Assembly (NCBI GenBank): GCA_024277655.1
Contig: JAJRUT010000056.1
Location: forward strand, 3,683 to 67,682
From: Deltaproteobacteria bacterium
GTDB lineage: Bacteria > Desulfobacterota > Desulfobulbia > Desulfobulbales > SURF-16
Direction: 5' to 3'
DNA: 64,000 nt
Part shown: positions 9,468 to 18,827 of the stretch, in pieces
How positions within the stretch are numbered: position 1 is the first letter of the stretch
How the letters are laid out: each line of letters starts with the position of its first letter
Position numbers and translations under genes: made by a program
Notes under the pieces: model-generated
Database searches by the model: none
The model's input: only the letters and a program-made list of their open reading frames with translations
Told to the model about the DNA's origin: nothing

Positions 9468-10757
9468 ATGTTACGATCAAGGTTCACCAGAGGCGTATTG
9501 TTACTTGTTGTTTGCATGAGTATGAATATGGGGGGAGCATTTGCCGCTGGGGCAAATAGTTCTACCTTCTTTGCCCAGGGGCAAAAGGCGTATAATGCCG
9601 GTCAACGCAAGGAGGCCTTGAGACTATTCAGAAAGGCTGAGGCGCAGGGCATGAAGAAGGCCTCATTGTACTACAATATCGGCGTCTGCTCCTACAGCCT
9701 TAAGCAATATCCTGAGGCAAAGGCCGCCTTTCAAGAGGTTATTGTTCTGAGCAAGGATATGGCTCCCCTTGCCCATTATAATCTTGGTCTGATTGGTATG
9801 CGGGAGGGCAATCGCCAGGAGATGATTGCTGGCTTTGAGACGGCAATTGCCACAAGCTCCGACCCCAAGATCCGCGATATGGCCGCGGCAGCTCTGGATG
9901 AAAATAATGTCAGGCAGAGGGCTGGTGCAACACCGTATGCCGGCTATTTTGAAATTAGTGTCGGTTATGATGATAATATAGAGTTGTACAGTGACCTATT
10001 GGGAAGTAAGGGCGATGGTGACTGGTTCACTGAAGTGTTTGCGGCAGGAACGATGCCGATTAATGGTGGGACGTTTAGGCGGGGCACTCAGCTGTTTGGT
10101 AGCATGTACTATCAAAAATTTGCCGATTACGATGAGTATGATCTTGGCACGGTTGCTGTTGGTGTTCAGTACCTCTTCGATTACAATGGCTGGAAGATTA
10201 AGCCTGGGGTGGATTACTCCTACACCATCCAGGATACCAAGAGCTATGACCAGACCCCAAGTTTTAGTATCAAGGGTCGCCATGGATTTTACTGGGATAC
10301 CCAGATTCGTTTAAGTTATAAAATAAGTTATATTGATATTCTTGACTCCACCTATGATGCTACCCAGGGAACTAGGAACAAGTTTAGGACTGAGATTATT
10401 AAGAAATGGCAGAAGACCAGTGTAAGTTTGCGCTATACCCTGGAGTTAAATAGCCGTGATAGCGATGACCTCTCTCCCACCAGGAATACAGTTGCCGTTA
10501 AGGTTCGCCATCGCTTTACCGATCAGTTTTCCGGGGTGGCCAGTGTTGCTTTCCGGAACTCAAGTTATGATAATACCGTAGCCTATGACCGGGATGAAGA
10601 TCGCTGGAAGACAACGTTGCGCGGGATATACAAGATTGATCCAATCTGGACTGTCGTTGCGGATTACACTTATAGTGATAACGAAGATAATCAGGCCTAT
10701 GCACGGTATAACTATACGAGAAGTGTGTCGGCCTTGAGACTGGAGAGGTCCTTTTAG
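9468..10757 (+). CDS. TPR-containing outer-membrane beta-barrel protein
   Basis: Signal peptide, three TPR-like repeats (YYNIG, HYNLG), a GYDDN strand, aromatic-rich beta strands and a terminal Phe (LERSF). Confidence 0.75.
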   Translation: MLRSRFTRGVLLLVVCMSMNMGGAFAAGANSSTFFAQGQKAYNAGQRKEALRLFRKAEAQGMKKASLYYNIGVCSYSLKQYPEAKAAFQEVIVLSKDMAPLAHYNLGLIGMREGNRQEMIAGFETAIATSSDPKIRDMAAAALDENNVRQRAGATPYAGYFEISVGYDDNIELYSDLLGSKGDGDWFTEVFAAGTMPINGGTFRRGTQLFGSMYYQKFADYDEYDLGTVAVGVQYLFDYNGWKIKPGVDYSYTIQDTKSYDQTPSFSIKGRHGFYWDTQIRLSYKISYIDILDSTYDATQGTRNKFRTEIIKKWQKTSVSLRYTLELNSRDSDDLSPTRNTVAVKVRHRFTDQFSGVASVAFRNSSYDNTVAYDRDEDRWKTTLRGIYKIDPIWTVVADYTYSDNEDNQAYARYNYTRSVSALRLERSF

Positions 10758-10834
10758 GGCGATCTGTGTTTTTTTGGTCGCACATATGGTAAATGTGTTA
10801 CTGTTTGTTTTAGAAAGCATAAGATCTGTTTTTA

Positions 10835-10880
10835 TGCCAAAAAACGTTTATGGAGAATACTCCGTAAACGTTTTTTGGCG
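10835..10880. repeat. Long near-perfect intergenic hairpin
   Basis: gccaaaaaacgtttatggag-aata-ctccgtaaacgttttttggc. Confidence 0.7.
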
Positions 10881-10934
10881 TGGTGGGTCTTTAGTCTTGT
10901 TGTTTGAATTTTACTTTTACCGAGCTTCTTTATT

Positions 10935-12479
10935 ATGGCCTTTGCAAAAATATTCGCGATGCAGGTACCGTTTATGATGCGTTTTAATCGCCGGATTTCT
11001 GACATAGTCGAGCAGCTTACGCCAAGCTATATGCCCATTGCCTATAAGCTGGCCCTGTTTTTGACCCTGTTGATCTCAACTGGTATGACGCTACTTGGTC
11101 TTATTATTGTCTCCAATCAAACTTATATTCTTCAAAAACAGATTAATGCCTTTGGTGAATCTTCAGCCAATCAGCTTGGTGAGGCCTCCAAGGAGCTGAT
11201 CCTCTCGGAGGATGCCCTGGGTCTTATGATGGCGACCAAAAATTTTGCCAACAACGCTAATATTCTTGGCTCGGCGCTCTATTCAGAAAAGGGTGAGTTG
11301 TTGACCGTGTCGGGCTTTATTCCGCAAAAAGACATCCTGAAGAGTTATATTACCATGATCCACCCTGGTAGTAGAAATCACAGGGTTGAATGGTGGGGCG
11401 AGAACGGGGAAATGGCGGGGGTTGGTACCGTAACCTTTATCTCTCATATTTATTTCAATAATATTATTATTGGCCATGCCTTGGTGACATTTAGTCAGGA
11501 AGCCATGGGCCAGGCTCTAAGGCAGACCATCCGTACCATCACTCTGGTGACCCTCTGTATGGTGGTGCTTGGTGTGGTGATTGCCTTTATTACAAGCAAG
11601 CGATTTAGTCGGCCCATTAATACGTTGATGACAGCCAGTATCGCCATCGGTAATGGGGCCCATCCTCCCTGCATTGATGAGGGGCGCAATGATGAAATTG
11701 GCTATTTGAACAGGGCCTTTAACCGGATGAATACCAGCTTGCTTGAAAAAACAAAGGTTGAAAATGCCTTCTCGCGCTTTATGTCAAACAAGGTTGCCAG
11801 ACATATTCTCTCAAACCCCAATAATGTTGAGCTTGGTGGTGAGAATGTGGAGGGAACGGTACTTTTTGCTGATATCGTTGGTTTTACCAGCTTTTCTGAA
11901 AATTTACCGGCCAATGAAGTACTCGATATGTTGAATGAATATTTTACCTATATTTCAACGGTGGCCAGCCTCTTTAATGGCACCATTGATAAATATATGG
12001 GTGATTGTGCCATGATTATTTTCGGTGTGCCGGATGCAGATGTTGAACATAAATTTAACGGTCTGCGCTGTGCGGTGATGATTCAGCATCTGATGGTGCG
12101 CCTTAATGCCAGGTTTCTATCCAGGGGTAAGCCAGCCATTCATTTTAGAATTGGTTGCAATAGTGGGCCCATGGTGGCTGGCAATATGGGTTCAGTGGAC
12201 AAGATGCAGTATACCGTGGTTGGTGACACCGTGAACCTTGCCTCCCGTTTGCAAAGTGAGGCAGAAAAAGATCAGGTTATTGTCACAGAGCAACTGGTCT
12301 ACGATGCGGATCTAAACGGTAAACTGGTAACGACCAGGCTACAACCCATCCGTCTGCGGGGTATTAAGGAGGAGGTGTCAATCTTTAATGTGGAGCGCTT
12401 AAGTCCCAGGTATCAAGCTGAAATAGAGACGCAGATCGCTTCTATGCTCGAACTTAAATGGGGGTCGTCGTTTAGATGA
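10935..12479 (+). CDS. Membrane class III adenylate cyclase (2 TM, periplasmic sensor, HAMP)
   Basis: HAMP (RNDEIGYLNRAFNRM) and catalytic motifs FADIVGFT, DKYMGD and YTVVGDTVNLASRLQ. Exact start uncertain. Confidence 0.9.
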   Translation: MAFAKIFAMQVPFMMRFNRRISDIVEQLTPSYMPIAYKLALFLTLLISTGMTLLGLIIVSNQTYILQKQINAFGESSANQLGEASKELILSEDALGLMMATKNFANNANILGSALYSEKGELLTVSGFIPQKDILKSYITMIHPGSRNHRVEWWGENGEMAGVGTVTFISHIYFNNIIIGHALVTFSQEAMGQALRQTIRTITLVTLCMVVLGVVIAFITSKRFSRPINTLMTASIAIGNGAHPPCIDEGRNDEIGYLNRAFNRMNTSLLEKTKVENAFSRFMSNKVARHILSNPNNVELGGENVEGTVLFADIVGFTSFSENLPANEVLDMLNEYFTYISTVASLFNGTIDKYMGDCAMIIFGVPDADVEHKFNGLRCAVMIQHLMVRLNARFLSRGKPAIHFRIGCNSGPMVAGNMGSVDKMQYTVVGDTVNLASRLQSEAEKDQVIVTEQLVYDADLNGKLVTTRLQPIRLRGIKEEVSIFNVERLSPRYQAEIETQIASMLELKWGSSFR

Positions 12480-13606
12480 GGTGGTTTTGTCTGGGGCTTC
12501 TTGTCCTTGTAAATATAGTTCTTTCTGGTTGCGCCTATTTTCAGGCCCTTGGGCCGGATGTTCCCCAGAAAATAGATCTGCTTATTGCCGATGAACGGTA
12601 TGGTGCAGCCCTCGATATTTTGAGCTATAACAATCCCAACAAGTCAAACTATAACGAATTGCTGGCTCAGCAGAAACGGGTCATTATCTTGGCTGAGCAA
12701 CTGGAAAAAGAGACTTTGCAGGAAACCCGCCAGCTAGTTCGTCAGGATGAGTGGTATAGGGCGGAGCAACTCTACCTTGAGAGTCTTGCAAAACTACCAG
12801 ATAGTGACAAGCTTATAAAACAGTACCAGCTCTTTCTAGAATCACGCAAGATTCTTCTTGCCCACCTTGAACTCAAACTGGATACCAACAGGGCCCATTG
12901 GCTTATTGCCAATATTCCGGTGCAACAGGAGATGATTCGTGTTTTTCCCACCGCCGAGGATGAGTTTAGTGAGTTGAATGATTTCCGGGCCCAAAAAGAG
13001 AAAACAGCCCTGCATCTGTTGCGATTTACTACTCAGGCCCTTGACCGAAAGGATCACCTGGGGGCTGCCTCCTTGATTGCTTTAATTGACCGCCTTGCGG
13101 TGGATAATCTGGACGAAGAGCTGTTGGTGATGTCCCGTTATCGTTTGCAGGAATTGCAACGTATCCAGCGGATAAGCGATAACCTGCGCCAGAGTAAGGT
13201 TGAACAGCAACAGCTACGGCTTGAACGTATCCTCCTTGTGGGCGAGAAAAAGGAAACCGAAGCGCTGATTATGCTACTTGAGGATGATGCAAGTCTTGAA
13301 AATGTGTTACGGGCAAGAACTCATTTAGATTCCATTTCACGCGCCAGTCGTGAGTATCCAAGCTCCTTTGAGTTGCATCGTCATTTAGAGCAGTTGTACC
13401 AGCAGGCCGTGGTTATGCATAGTCAGTCAGGGCGCACTCTGTACAGCCAGGGCAAGATTTATGAAGCGTTGGAGATATGGCAATTTCTTTTAAAAATTGA
13501 CTCTGATAATCAGAGGATACAGGAGTATGTGGATCGGGCCAATCGGGTGCTTGGTAAATTGCAACGACTCAAGCAGCAAACGGCCAGTGATGCCCCTGGG
13601 AAATAG
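12476..13606 (+). CDS. Helical/TPR-like lipoprotein
   Basis: Lipobox LSGC, ATGA overlap with the cyclase stop, C-terminal TPR-like motif. Confidence 0.7.
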   Translation: MRWFCLGLLVLVNIVLSGCAYFQALGPDVPQKIDLLIADERYGAALDILSYNNPNKSNYNELLAQQKRVIILAEQLEKETLQETRQLVRQDEWYRAEQLYLESLAKLPDSDKLIKQYQLFLESRKILLAHLELKLDTNRAHWLIANIPVQQEMIRVFPTAEDEFSELNDFRAQKEKTALHLLRFTTQALDRKDHLGAASLIALIDRLAVDNLDEELLVMSRYRLQELQRIQRISDNLRQSKVEQQQLRLERILLVGEKKETEALIMLLEDDASLENVLRARTHLDSISRASREYPSSFELHRHLEQLYQQAVVMHSQSGRTLYSQGKIYEALEIWQFLLKIDSDNQRIQEYVDRANRVLGKLQRLKQQTASDAPGK

Positions 13607-13669
13607 GGATGCAAATGTGGCTTGCTGTCTTGGTATTTTAAAAATTCCCCATAGCTTGCGTAAAAAAAT

Positions 13670-13695
13670 GGAACCTTTCGAAATTCTTTAACGTT
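13670..13695 (+). promoter_or_regulatory. ECF-sigma promoter
   Basis: aaatGGAACCttt...CGTTa with a 16-nt spacer, matching the site at 8099. Confidence 0.65.
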
Positions 13696-13804
13696 AGAAG
13701 AGTATGCAAGATGACGATGGCGATATTTTGCCACTTCATGAGGGTCGACCGTTTAGTTTACAATTTTACAGAGATTCGAAAAGGTTAAATTTAAGGAGAA
13801 TACA

Positions 13805-14272
13805 ATGAAATTACGCAAAAAGTACATTTTGGCCCCGATTATGCTCATGATGAGCGCAACTCCAGCCTTCTCAGCTGTGGATGATCTTGATGTCACTATG
13901 GAGATGATCAATGAAACCGTGCGTACGCAGATAGAAGTTAGTCGTACTATTGAGGTGCCTGAGCAGTATCGAAATCGTCACCAAGAGCGGATGGAACATT
14001 TGGGTGAGGACGCTGAGCATGCTACTGAAAAGTATGGTGAAATGGCAGAAGATGATGATGCTCGTAATGAGTATATGGACGACCGTGACGATGAGCGTGA
14101 TGAGCATATGGACGACCGTGACGATGATCGTGATGAGCATATGGATGATCGCGATGACATGCGTGACGAGCACATGGATGACCGCGAAGACATGCGTGAC
14201 GAGCAGTCTGACAGCCGCGAAGACATGCTTGATGATCAGGCTGACAGTCATGATGATATGATGAACGACTAA
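13805..14272 (+). CDS. Secreted acidic Asp/Glu/Met/His-rich repeat protein
   Basis: Strong RBS (aaggag), signal peptide, 11-aa repeats MDDRDDxRDEH, followed by a terminator. Confidence 0.75.
   Translation: MKLRKKYILAPIMLMMSATPAFSAVDDLDVTMEMINETVRTQIEVSRTIEVPEQYRNRHQERMEHLGEDAEHATEKYGEMAEDDDARNEYMDDRDDERDEHMDDRDDDRDEHMDDRDDMRDEHMDDREDMRDEQSDSREDMLDDQADSHDDMMND
14075..14269 (+). repeat. 33-bp coding tandem repeat (about 6 degenerate units)
   Basis: Units start at 14075, 14108, 14141 and 14174 (ATGGAYGAYCGYGA...), then degenerate. Confidence 0.85.
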
Positions 14273-14293
14273 TACCGCCATGGTATCTGTTGT

Positions 14294-14334
14294 AAAAAAA
14301 AGAACCCCAGGGACTTCCCTGGGGTTCTTTTTTT
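14294..14334. terminator. Bidirectional intrinsic terminator
   Basis: A-run, gaaccccaggga/tccctggggttc stem and T-run between convergent genes. Confidence 0.85.
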
Positions 14335-14359
14335 ATTTGTATTTGCGGTGGTGAAATTT

Positions 14360-15109
14360 CTAGTAATCGCTTAAGCCTTTTCTGAGCACCTCAAGTTCCC
14401 GTTGTCGTACATAACGGAGGATTTTTTCTTCGTCCTGACTGTCAGGGTAGAAACGTATTCCGTAGCTAAAGAGCATAAGGGGTCGCTCTTGAATAAATTC
14501 TCGGACGATGTCCCCTCCCTTAAGTTTTAGTTGCCATCTACCATCTTCGGCGCCGCAGGACTCTTCATCACAGGGGATGGTGATCTGCAGGTTGTTGAAG
14601 TGGTTCCCGGCCTCAGGGATGCCATAGTTGAATTTGGCAAAGATAAGCAGGCCACCGGCACTGATATCTTTTATGGCAAAATGACATTCTTCATTGTTGT
14701 AGCTACAGGTTAGACGACTGCCCTGGGGGGTGCCGACCCGGTAATGCATCCGGCGTTGGAGCATAAAAAGGGCGTTGGGGGGGTCGCAACGCAGGCTATC
14801 CTTACCCACGCTCCGAACAGTGGTCATAAAATGCATCCAGACCTTTGATTCATTTCTGAAAACAACGCGGATCTTGGTGGTATCCTTGGCCCAGTCCTTG
14901 GGCTTGTCAATCAGGATATGGGCATTGTTGATCTCGTAGAGAATCGTCCCTCCGGATTGATATCCTTTGCACAGGAGATTGAGCAGAACTCTACCTTTTT
15001 GCAGATATTCCAACGTATTTCTGATAATAACAGGGGACCTGGTGGTTTCGTATCCACCTTCCATGGTGACCCATCCTGTTTTGGCGGCGTGGCTATGTTC
15101 TATGTCCAT
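14360..15109 (-). CDS. PilZ-domain (flagellar brake/YcgR-like) c-di-GMP binding protein
   Basis: QRRMHYR (RxxxR) and DISAGG (DxSxxG) motifs. Confidence 0.8.
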   Translation of the reverse strand: MDIEHSHAAKTGWVTMEGGYETTRSPVIIRNTLEYLQKGRVLLNLLCKGYQSGGTILYEINNAHILIDKPKDWAKDTTKIRVVFRNESKVWMHFMTTVRSVGKDSLRCDPPNALFMLQRRMHYRVGTPQGSRLTCSYNNEECHFAIKDISAGGLLIFAKFNYGIPEAGNHFNNLQITIPCDEESCGAEDGRWQLKLKGGDIVREFIQERPLMLFSYGIRFYPDSQDEEKILRYVRQRELEVLRKGLSDY

Positions 15110-15129
15110 AATGTATACTATAAAACAAA

Positions 15130-15381
15130 ATGTTAAAAAAAGTGAGTGATATGATGACAGACCTTGATCCTAATAGTATCTGTTTCGGCTTTAATCGCAA
15201 GACAGATGAAGAATCTCTCCAATGTTTTATAAGAGCCTTTGCAAGTCCCGAACTTTTAGAGGTTTTGATCCCACGTATGGATAACGATGAAATCACCAGC
15301 CTCCTTGATAAATTATCGACCTTGATGGGCACGCACCTCAAGGAGAGGGAATATCACAAACTTTTTCTAGGGCGAAAATGA
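15130..15381 (+). CDS. Small conserved-looking hypothetical protein
   Basis: 83-aa ORF ending HLKEREYHKLFL that fills the intergenic space. Confidence 0.6.
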   Translation: MLKKVSDMMTDLDPNSICFGFNRKTDEESLQCFIRAFASPELLEVLIPRMDNDEITSLLDKLSTLMGTHLKEREYHKLFLGRK

Positions 15382-15479
15382 GTATAAAACCAGCATAACT
15401 CATTTCTATTTCTGCTTGATAGTGTAATAGTATTTTTTGGCAATAATTTACAAGAGGAACTTTGGGAGAAGGGAATAAT

Positions 15480-17258
15480 ATGGGGCAGTTAATCATGCGA
15501 AATTTGCGGGACTTTTTGACGGTTCTTCGCCAGGATAAGGATCTCCTTGAGATCGACGTGGAGGTTGATCCTTATCTGGAGATTGCTGAAATCCACCGGC
15601 GGGTGATCCGCCAGGGTGGTCCGGCGCTCCTGTTTACCAATGTTCGTGGCAGTAAGTTTCCTGTTGTCACCAACCTCTTTGGCACCGCTCGGCGGATGGA
15701 GCTTGCCTTTGGCAATCGGGCCCAGCAATTTGTCGCTGATGTTGTTCGTGCCGCGGAAACCATGCTCCCGCCGACCTTGAGTAAGGTGTGGGGGATGCGT
15801 GGTCTGATTCCCCAGGGGATGAAGATTGGTCTCAAGGAGCTAAAGAATGGCCCGGTGCTGGAATGTTGCCAGTCGCCATCACGCCTTACCGAACTACCCA
15901 TGCTTACCTCCTGGGATACCGATGGCGGCGCCTTTGTTACTCTGCCCCTGGTGTATACTGAACATCCCGGCGGCCGTGGTCATAATCTGGGGATGTACCG
16001 TGTCCAGCGTTATGACGATCAGACCACGGGCATCCACTGGCAGATCCATAAGGGCGGCGGCTATCATTATTATGAGGCCGAACAGCGCAATGAAGCCCTG
16101 CCTATGACCCTGTTTATCGGTGGCCCCCCGGCTCTGATGATGGCGGCCATTGCTCCTCTGCCGGAAAATTTACCGGAACTCATGCTGGCCTCGCTTCTGG
16201 TGGGGGAAAAACTTGGCATGGTTAAAAATCCGCTGGGTGGTCATCGTCTGGTTGCTGAGGCCGAATTTGCTGTGTGTGGCAAGGTTCCGCCCCATGTGCG
16301 CCGTCCCGAAGGCCCCTTCGGCGATCATTACGGGTATAATTCCCTTACCCATGAGTATCCGGTCTTTCAGGCCAGTCATCTCTATCACCGCAAAGATGCC
16401 ATCTATCCCGCCACCGTTGTTGGTAGGCCACGGCAGGAGGATTATTATATTGGAGATTTCCTCCAGGATCTCCTCTCGCCCCTGTTTCCTCTGGTCATGA
16501 CCGGCGTAAAACAGTTAAAAACCTTTGGCGAGGCAGGCTTTCATTGTCTTGCGGCGGCAAGGGTGACGGATCGCTATCCCCGTGAGGCCTTCGCCTCCGG
16601 TTTACGGATCTTGGGTGAGGGGCAGTTGTCCTTAACAAAGTTTTTGATGATTACCGATGGTGATATTAATATTGAGGATTTTAAGGAGTTATGGGTTCAT
16701 ATCCTTGAGCGGGTTGATTGGCAGCGTGACCTATTTGTTTTTGCCAATGTTTCTCAGGATACGCTTGATTACACCGGTCCTTCGGTTAATAACGGTTCAA
16801 AGGCTCTGCTTATGGGGCTTGGCAAAGAGGCACGCAATGTCCTTCCCACCGAATTTCATGGCGATCTTCCTCGTGGTTGTCGTCGGCCAAACCCCTATCT
16901 GCCCGGCACCTTGGTTGTTGAGGGCGATGCCTACGATGAGGATAAGGAGCTTGCTAAGAGACTGGCCAGCCACGCAGGAATTGCCGGGTTTCAGGTAGTT
17001 CTGCTGGTGGATAACTCCGCTGAGGCCACCGAAAATATCCAGGAATTTATCTGGTCATTCTTTACCCGCTTTGAGCCTGCTGCCGATATTTACGGTGCCG
17101 GTCATCAGGTCGACCGTTTCCATGTTGGTTTGAAACCACCTATAGTCTTTGATTGTAGGATGAAACCTTGGTATCCTCATGTACTGGAGGTGGATGACGC
17201 CACTCGTAAATTGGTGGATTCGAGGATTATGGATATCCTGCCGTCGGCATTACGGTAA
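15480..17258 (+). CDS. UbiD family (prFMN) decarboxylase
   Basis: EIAEIHRR, NLFGT, NLGMYR, EGPFGDHYGY and VVGRP-x-QED motifs. Confidence 0.92.
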   Translation: MGQLIMRNLRDFLTVLRQDKDLLEIDVEVDPYLEIAEIHRRVIRQGGPALLFTNVRGSKFPVVTNLFGTARRMELAFGNRAQQFVADVVRAAETMLPPTLSKVWGMRGLIPQGMKIGLKELKNGPVLECCQSPSRLTELPMLTSWDTDGGAFVTLPLVYTEHPGGRGHNLGMYRVQRYDDQTTGIHWQIHKGGGYHYYEAEQRNEALPMTLFIGGPPALMMAAIAPLPENLPELMLASLLVGEKLGMVKNPLGGHRLVAEAEFAVCGKVPPHVRRPEGPFGDHYGYNSLTHEYPVFQASHLYHRKDAIYPATVVGRPRQEDYYIGDFLQDLLSPLFPLVMTGVKQLKTFGEAGFHCLAAARVTDRYPREAFASGLRILGEGQLSLTKFLMITDGDINIEDFKELWVHILERVDWQRDLFVFANVSQDTLDYTGPSVNNGSKALLMGLGKEARNVLPTEFHGDLPRGCRRPNPYLPGTLVVEGDAYDEDKELAKRLASHAGIAGFQVVLLVDNSAEATENIQEFIWSFFTRFEPAADIYGAGHQVDRFHVGLKPPIVFDCRMKPWYPHVLEVDDATRKLVDSRIMDILPSALR

Positions 17259-17469
17259 GAGTTGCTTGGAATTCAGGATCAAGGAGTCAGGATTCAGTAG
17301 AATGGCAGAAAATGTATTGTGCTGAATTCTGAATTCAAATTTTTGTTACGATTCTCTAAGTCCGACAGACCTCTGGTAAAGTTGAGTAATGAATGCTTGC
17401 ACAACGTATCAAAGCTCCTAGCTAAATAAAGGTGGGAAGGTTGAAGTGCCAATTTAACAGCGTGCCATT

Positions 17470-17898
17470 ATGAAAATAACAAAAAACAACCAAACAGCAA
17501 AAGGTTCATCTGTTCGGAAATCATCTGCAACGCCCTCGGTTGATTTCAGGCAACTCTTGCAGGGGCAGATGTCACCCGTCCAGGATGTGGCTTCTGCAAG
17601 TCAGGTGGCTGAGGTGCAGGGGCGGGAACAGGCTGACCCCCAGGTGCGGATGCGTGGCGTGAAGCTTACAGAGTCAACCATTGATTCCATGGAATCCTTC
17701 GCTGTAGCACTTGCCGATCAGACATTGTCCGAAGATGCTTTGCAAGCCTTTGTGACCCGTCTGGAAGAGGACGCCCAGGTCCTTGTTGATATTAAAGAGC
17801 AACTTCCAAAGAATGACCCCCTTGCCGAGCTCATCGAACGAGTCTCTGCCGCCTGTTATCTGGAAACAGCCAAATTTCGCCGTGGAGATTATTCGTGA
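17470..17898 (+). CDS. Hypothetical protein, possibly FliX-like
   Basis: MKI low-complexity start and a helical C-terminus ending ETAKFRRGDY. Family call is tentative. Confidence 0.55.
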   Translation: MKITKNNQTAKGSSVRKSSATPSVDFRQLLQGQMSPVQDVASASQVAEVQGREQADPQVRMRGVKLTESTIDSMESFAVALADQTLSEDALQAFVTRLEEDAQVLVDIKEQLPKNDPLAELIERVSAACYLETAKFRRGDYS

Positions 17899-17913
17899 GA
17901 GGACGTAGGGGCC

Positions 17914-18054
17914 AAGGGTTAAGGGGAAAGGAGGGTGTATTAGGATCCTGTTTCTAGTTTGTTTCAAGACCTTTAGTCCCATCGCACCTAAAATTATGTT
18001 AGTCTGCAAGGCTGTATTATGCATGACCCCTTTTAATCTTACCCCTTAACCCTT
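17914..18054. repeat. Intergenic element with 13-bp inverted ends (AAGGGTTAAGGGG)
   Basis: aagggttaagggg at 17914-17926 and ccccttaaccctt at 18042-18054. A related repeat lies at 46960-47020. Confidence 0.6.
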
Positions 18055-18068
18055 TTTACCTACAGATA

Positions 18069-18827
18069 ATGAAAGAACGACTACAAAAAATAATCGCTAG
18101 AGCCGGGATTTGTTCGCGCCGTGCTGCAGAGACACTCATCCGTGACGGGAAGGTTTCCGTTGATGGGGAGGTTGTAACCGAGATGGGCATGAAGGTGGAT
18201 CATAGGATTCAGAAGGTCATCGCTGATCGTATTCACGTACGTTTTACGGAGAAGAAGGTGTATGTGCTTTTAAATAAGCCGGAAGGGTATGTTACAACGA
18301 TGAATGACCCGCAGGGGCGTCCCATTGTTACATCACTTTTGAAAGGCATAAAAGAACGGGTGTATCCTGTTGGCCGCCTTGATTTCGAAACAAAGGGCGC
18401 GCTTATCCTCACCAACGATGGTGAGCTTGCCCAGCGCATTCAACATCCGAGTTTTGAAGTGAAGAAAACCTATGTGGTCAGGGTTCAGGGGGCGCCCACA
18501 AACGATGCAATTCAGTTGCTTGAAGCGGGTGTTGAGCTTGAGGGTAAGATGACAGCTCCGGCCCAGGTCAAGGTGTATCGCCGGGGGAAGAAGGATTCCG
18601 TGCTGGAAATTACCATCCATGAGGGGCGGAAGCACCAGGTTCGCAAGATGTGTCAGGCTATCGGTCATCACTGTGTTGAGTTGACTCGTACGGCCTATGG
18701 GAACCTCAATCTGGGCTCTTTGCCTTCGGGTAAATTTCGCTATCTCTCCACCAGTGATCTGACTCGGATCACTAAGACCGCAAAAAAGATGAGAGTTAGT
18801 AAGCGGGTGAATAAGAGGCGTAAATAG
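18069..18827 (+). CDS. rRNA pseudouridine synthase, RsuA/RluB family
   Basis: S4 domain ERLQKIIARAG, NKPEG, VGRLD catalytic Asp, EGRKHQVR. Confidence 0.93.
   Translation: MKERLQKIIARAGICSRRAAETLIRDGKVSVDGEVVTEMGMKVDHRIQKVIADRIHVRFTEKKVYVLLNKPEGYVTTMNDPQGRPIVTSLLKGIKERVYPVGRLDFETKGALILTNDGELAQRIQHPSFEVKKTYVVRVQGAPTNDAIQLLEAGVELEGKMTAPAQVKVYRRGKKDSVLEITIHEGRKHQVRKMCQAIGHHCVELTRTAYGNLNLGSLPSGKFRYLSTSDLTRITKTAKKMRVSKRVNKRRK

Noticed and set aside
14075..14269. 33-bp repeats as a CRISPR array
   Set aside because: The units are tandem with no unique spacers, in frame within a CDS, and there are no cas genes.
17356..17376. Possible isolated IS end (ctaagtccgacagac)
   Set aside because: No partner end or transposase in the window, and too short to support.
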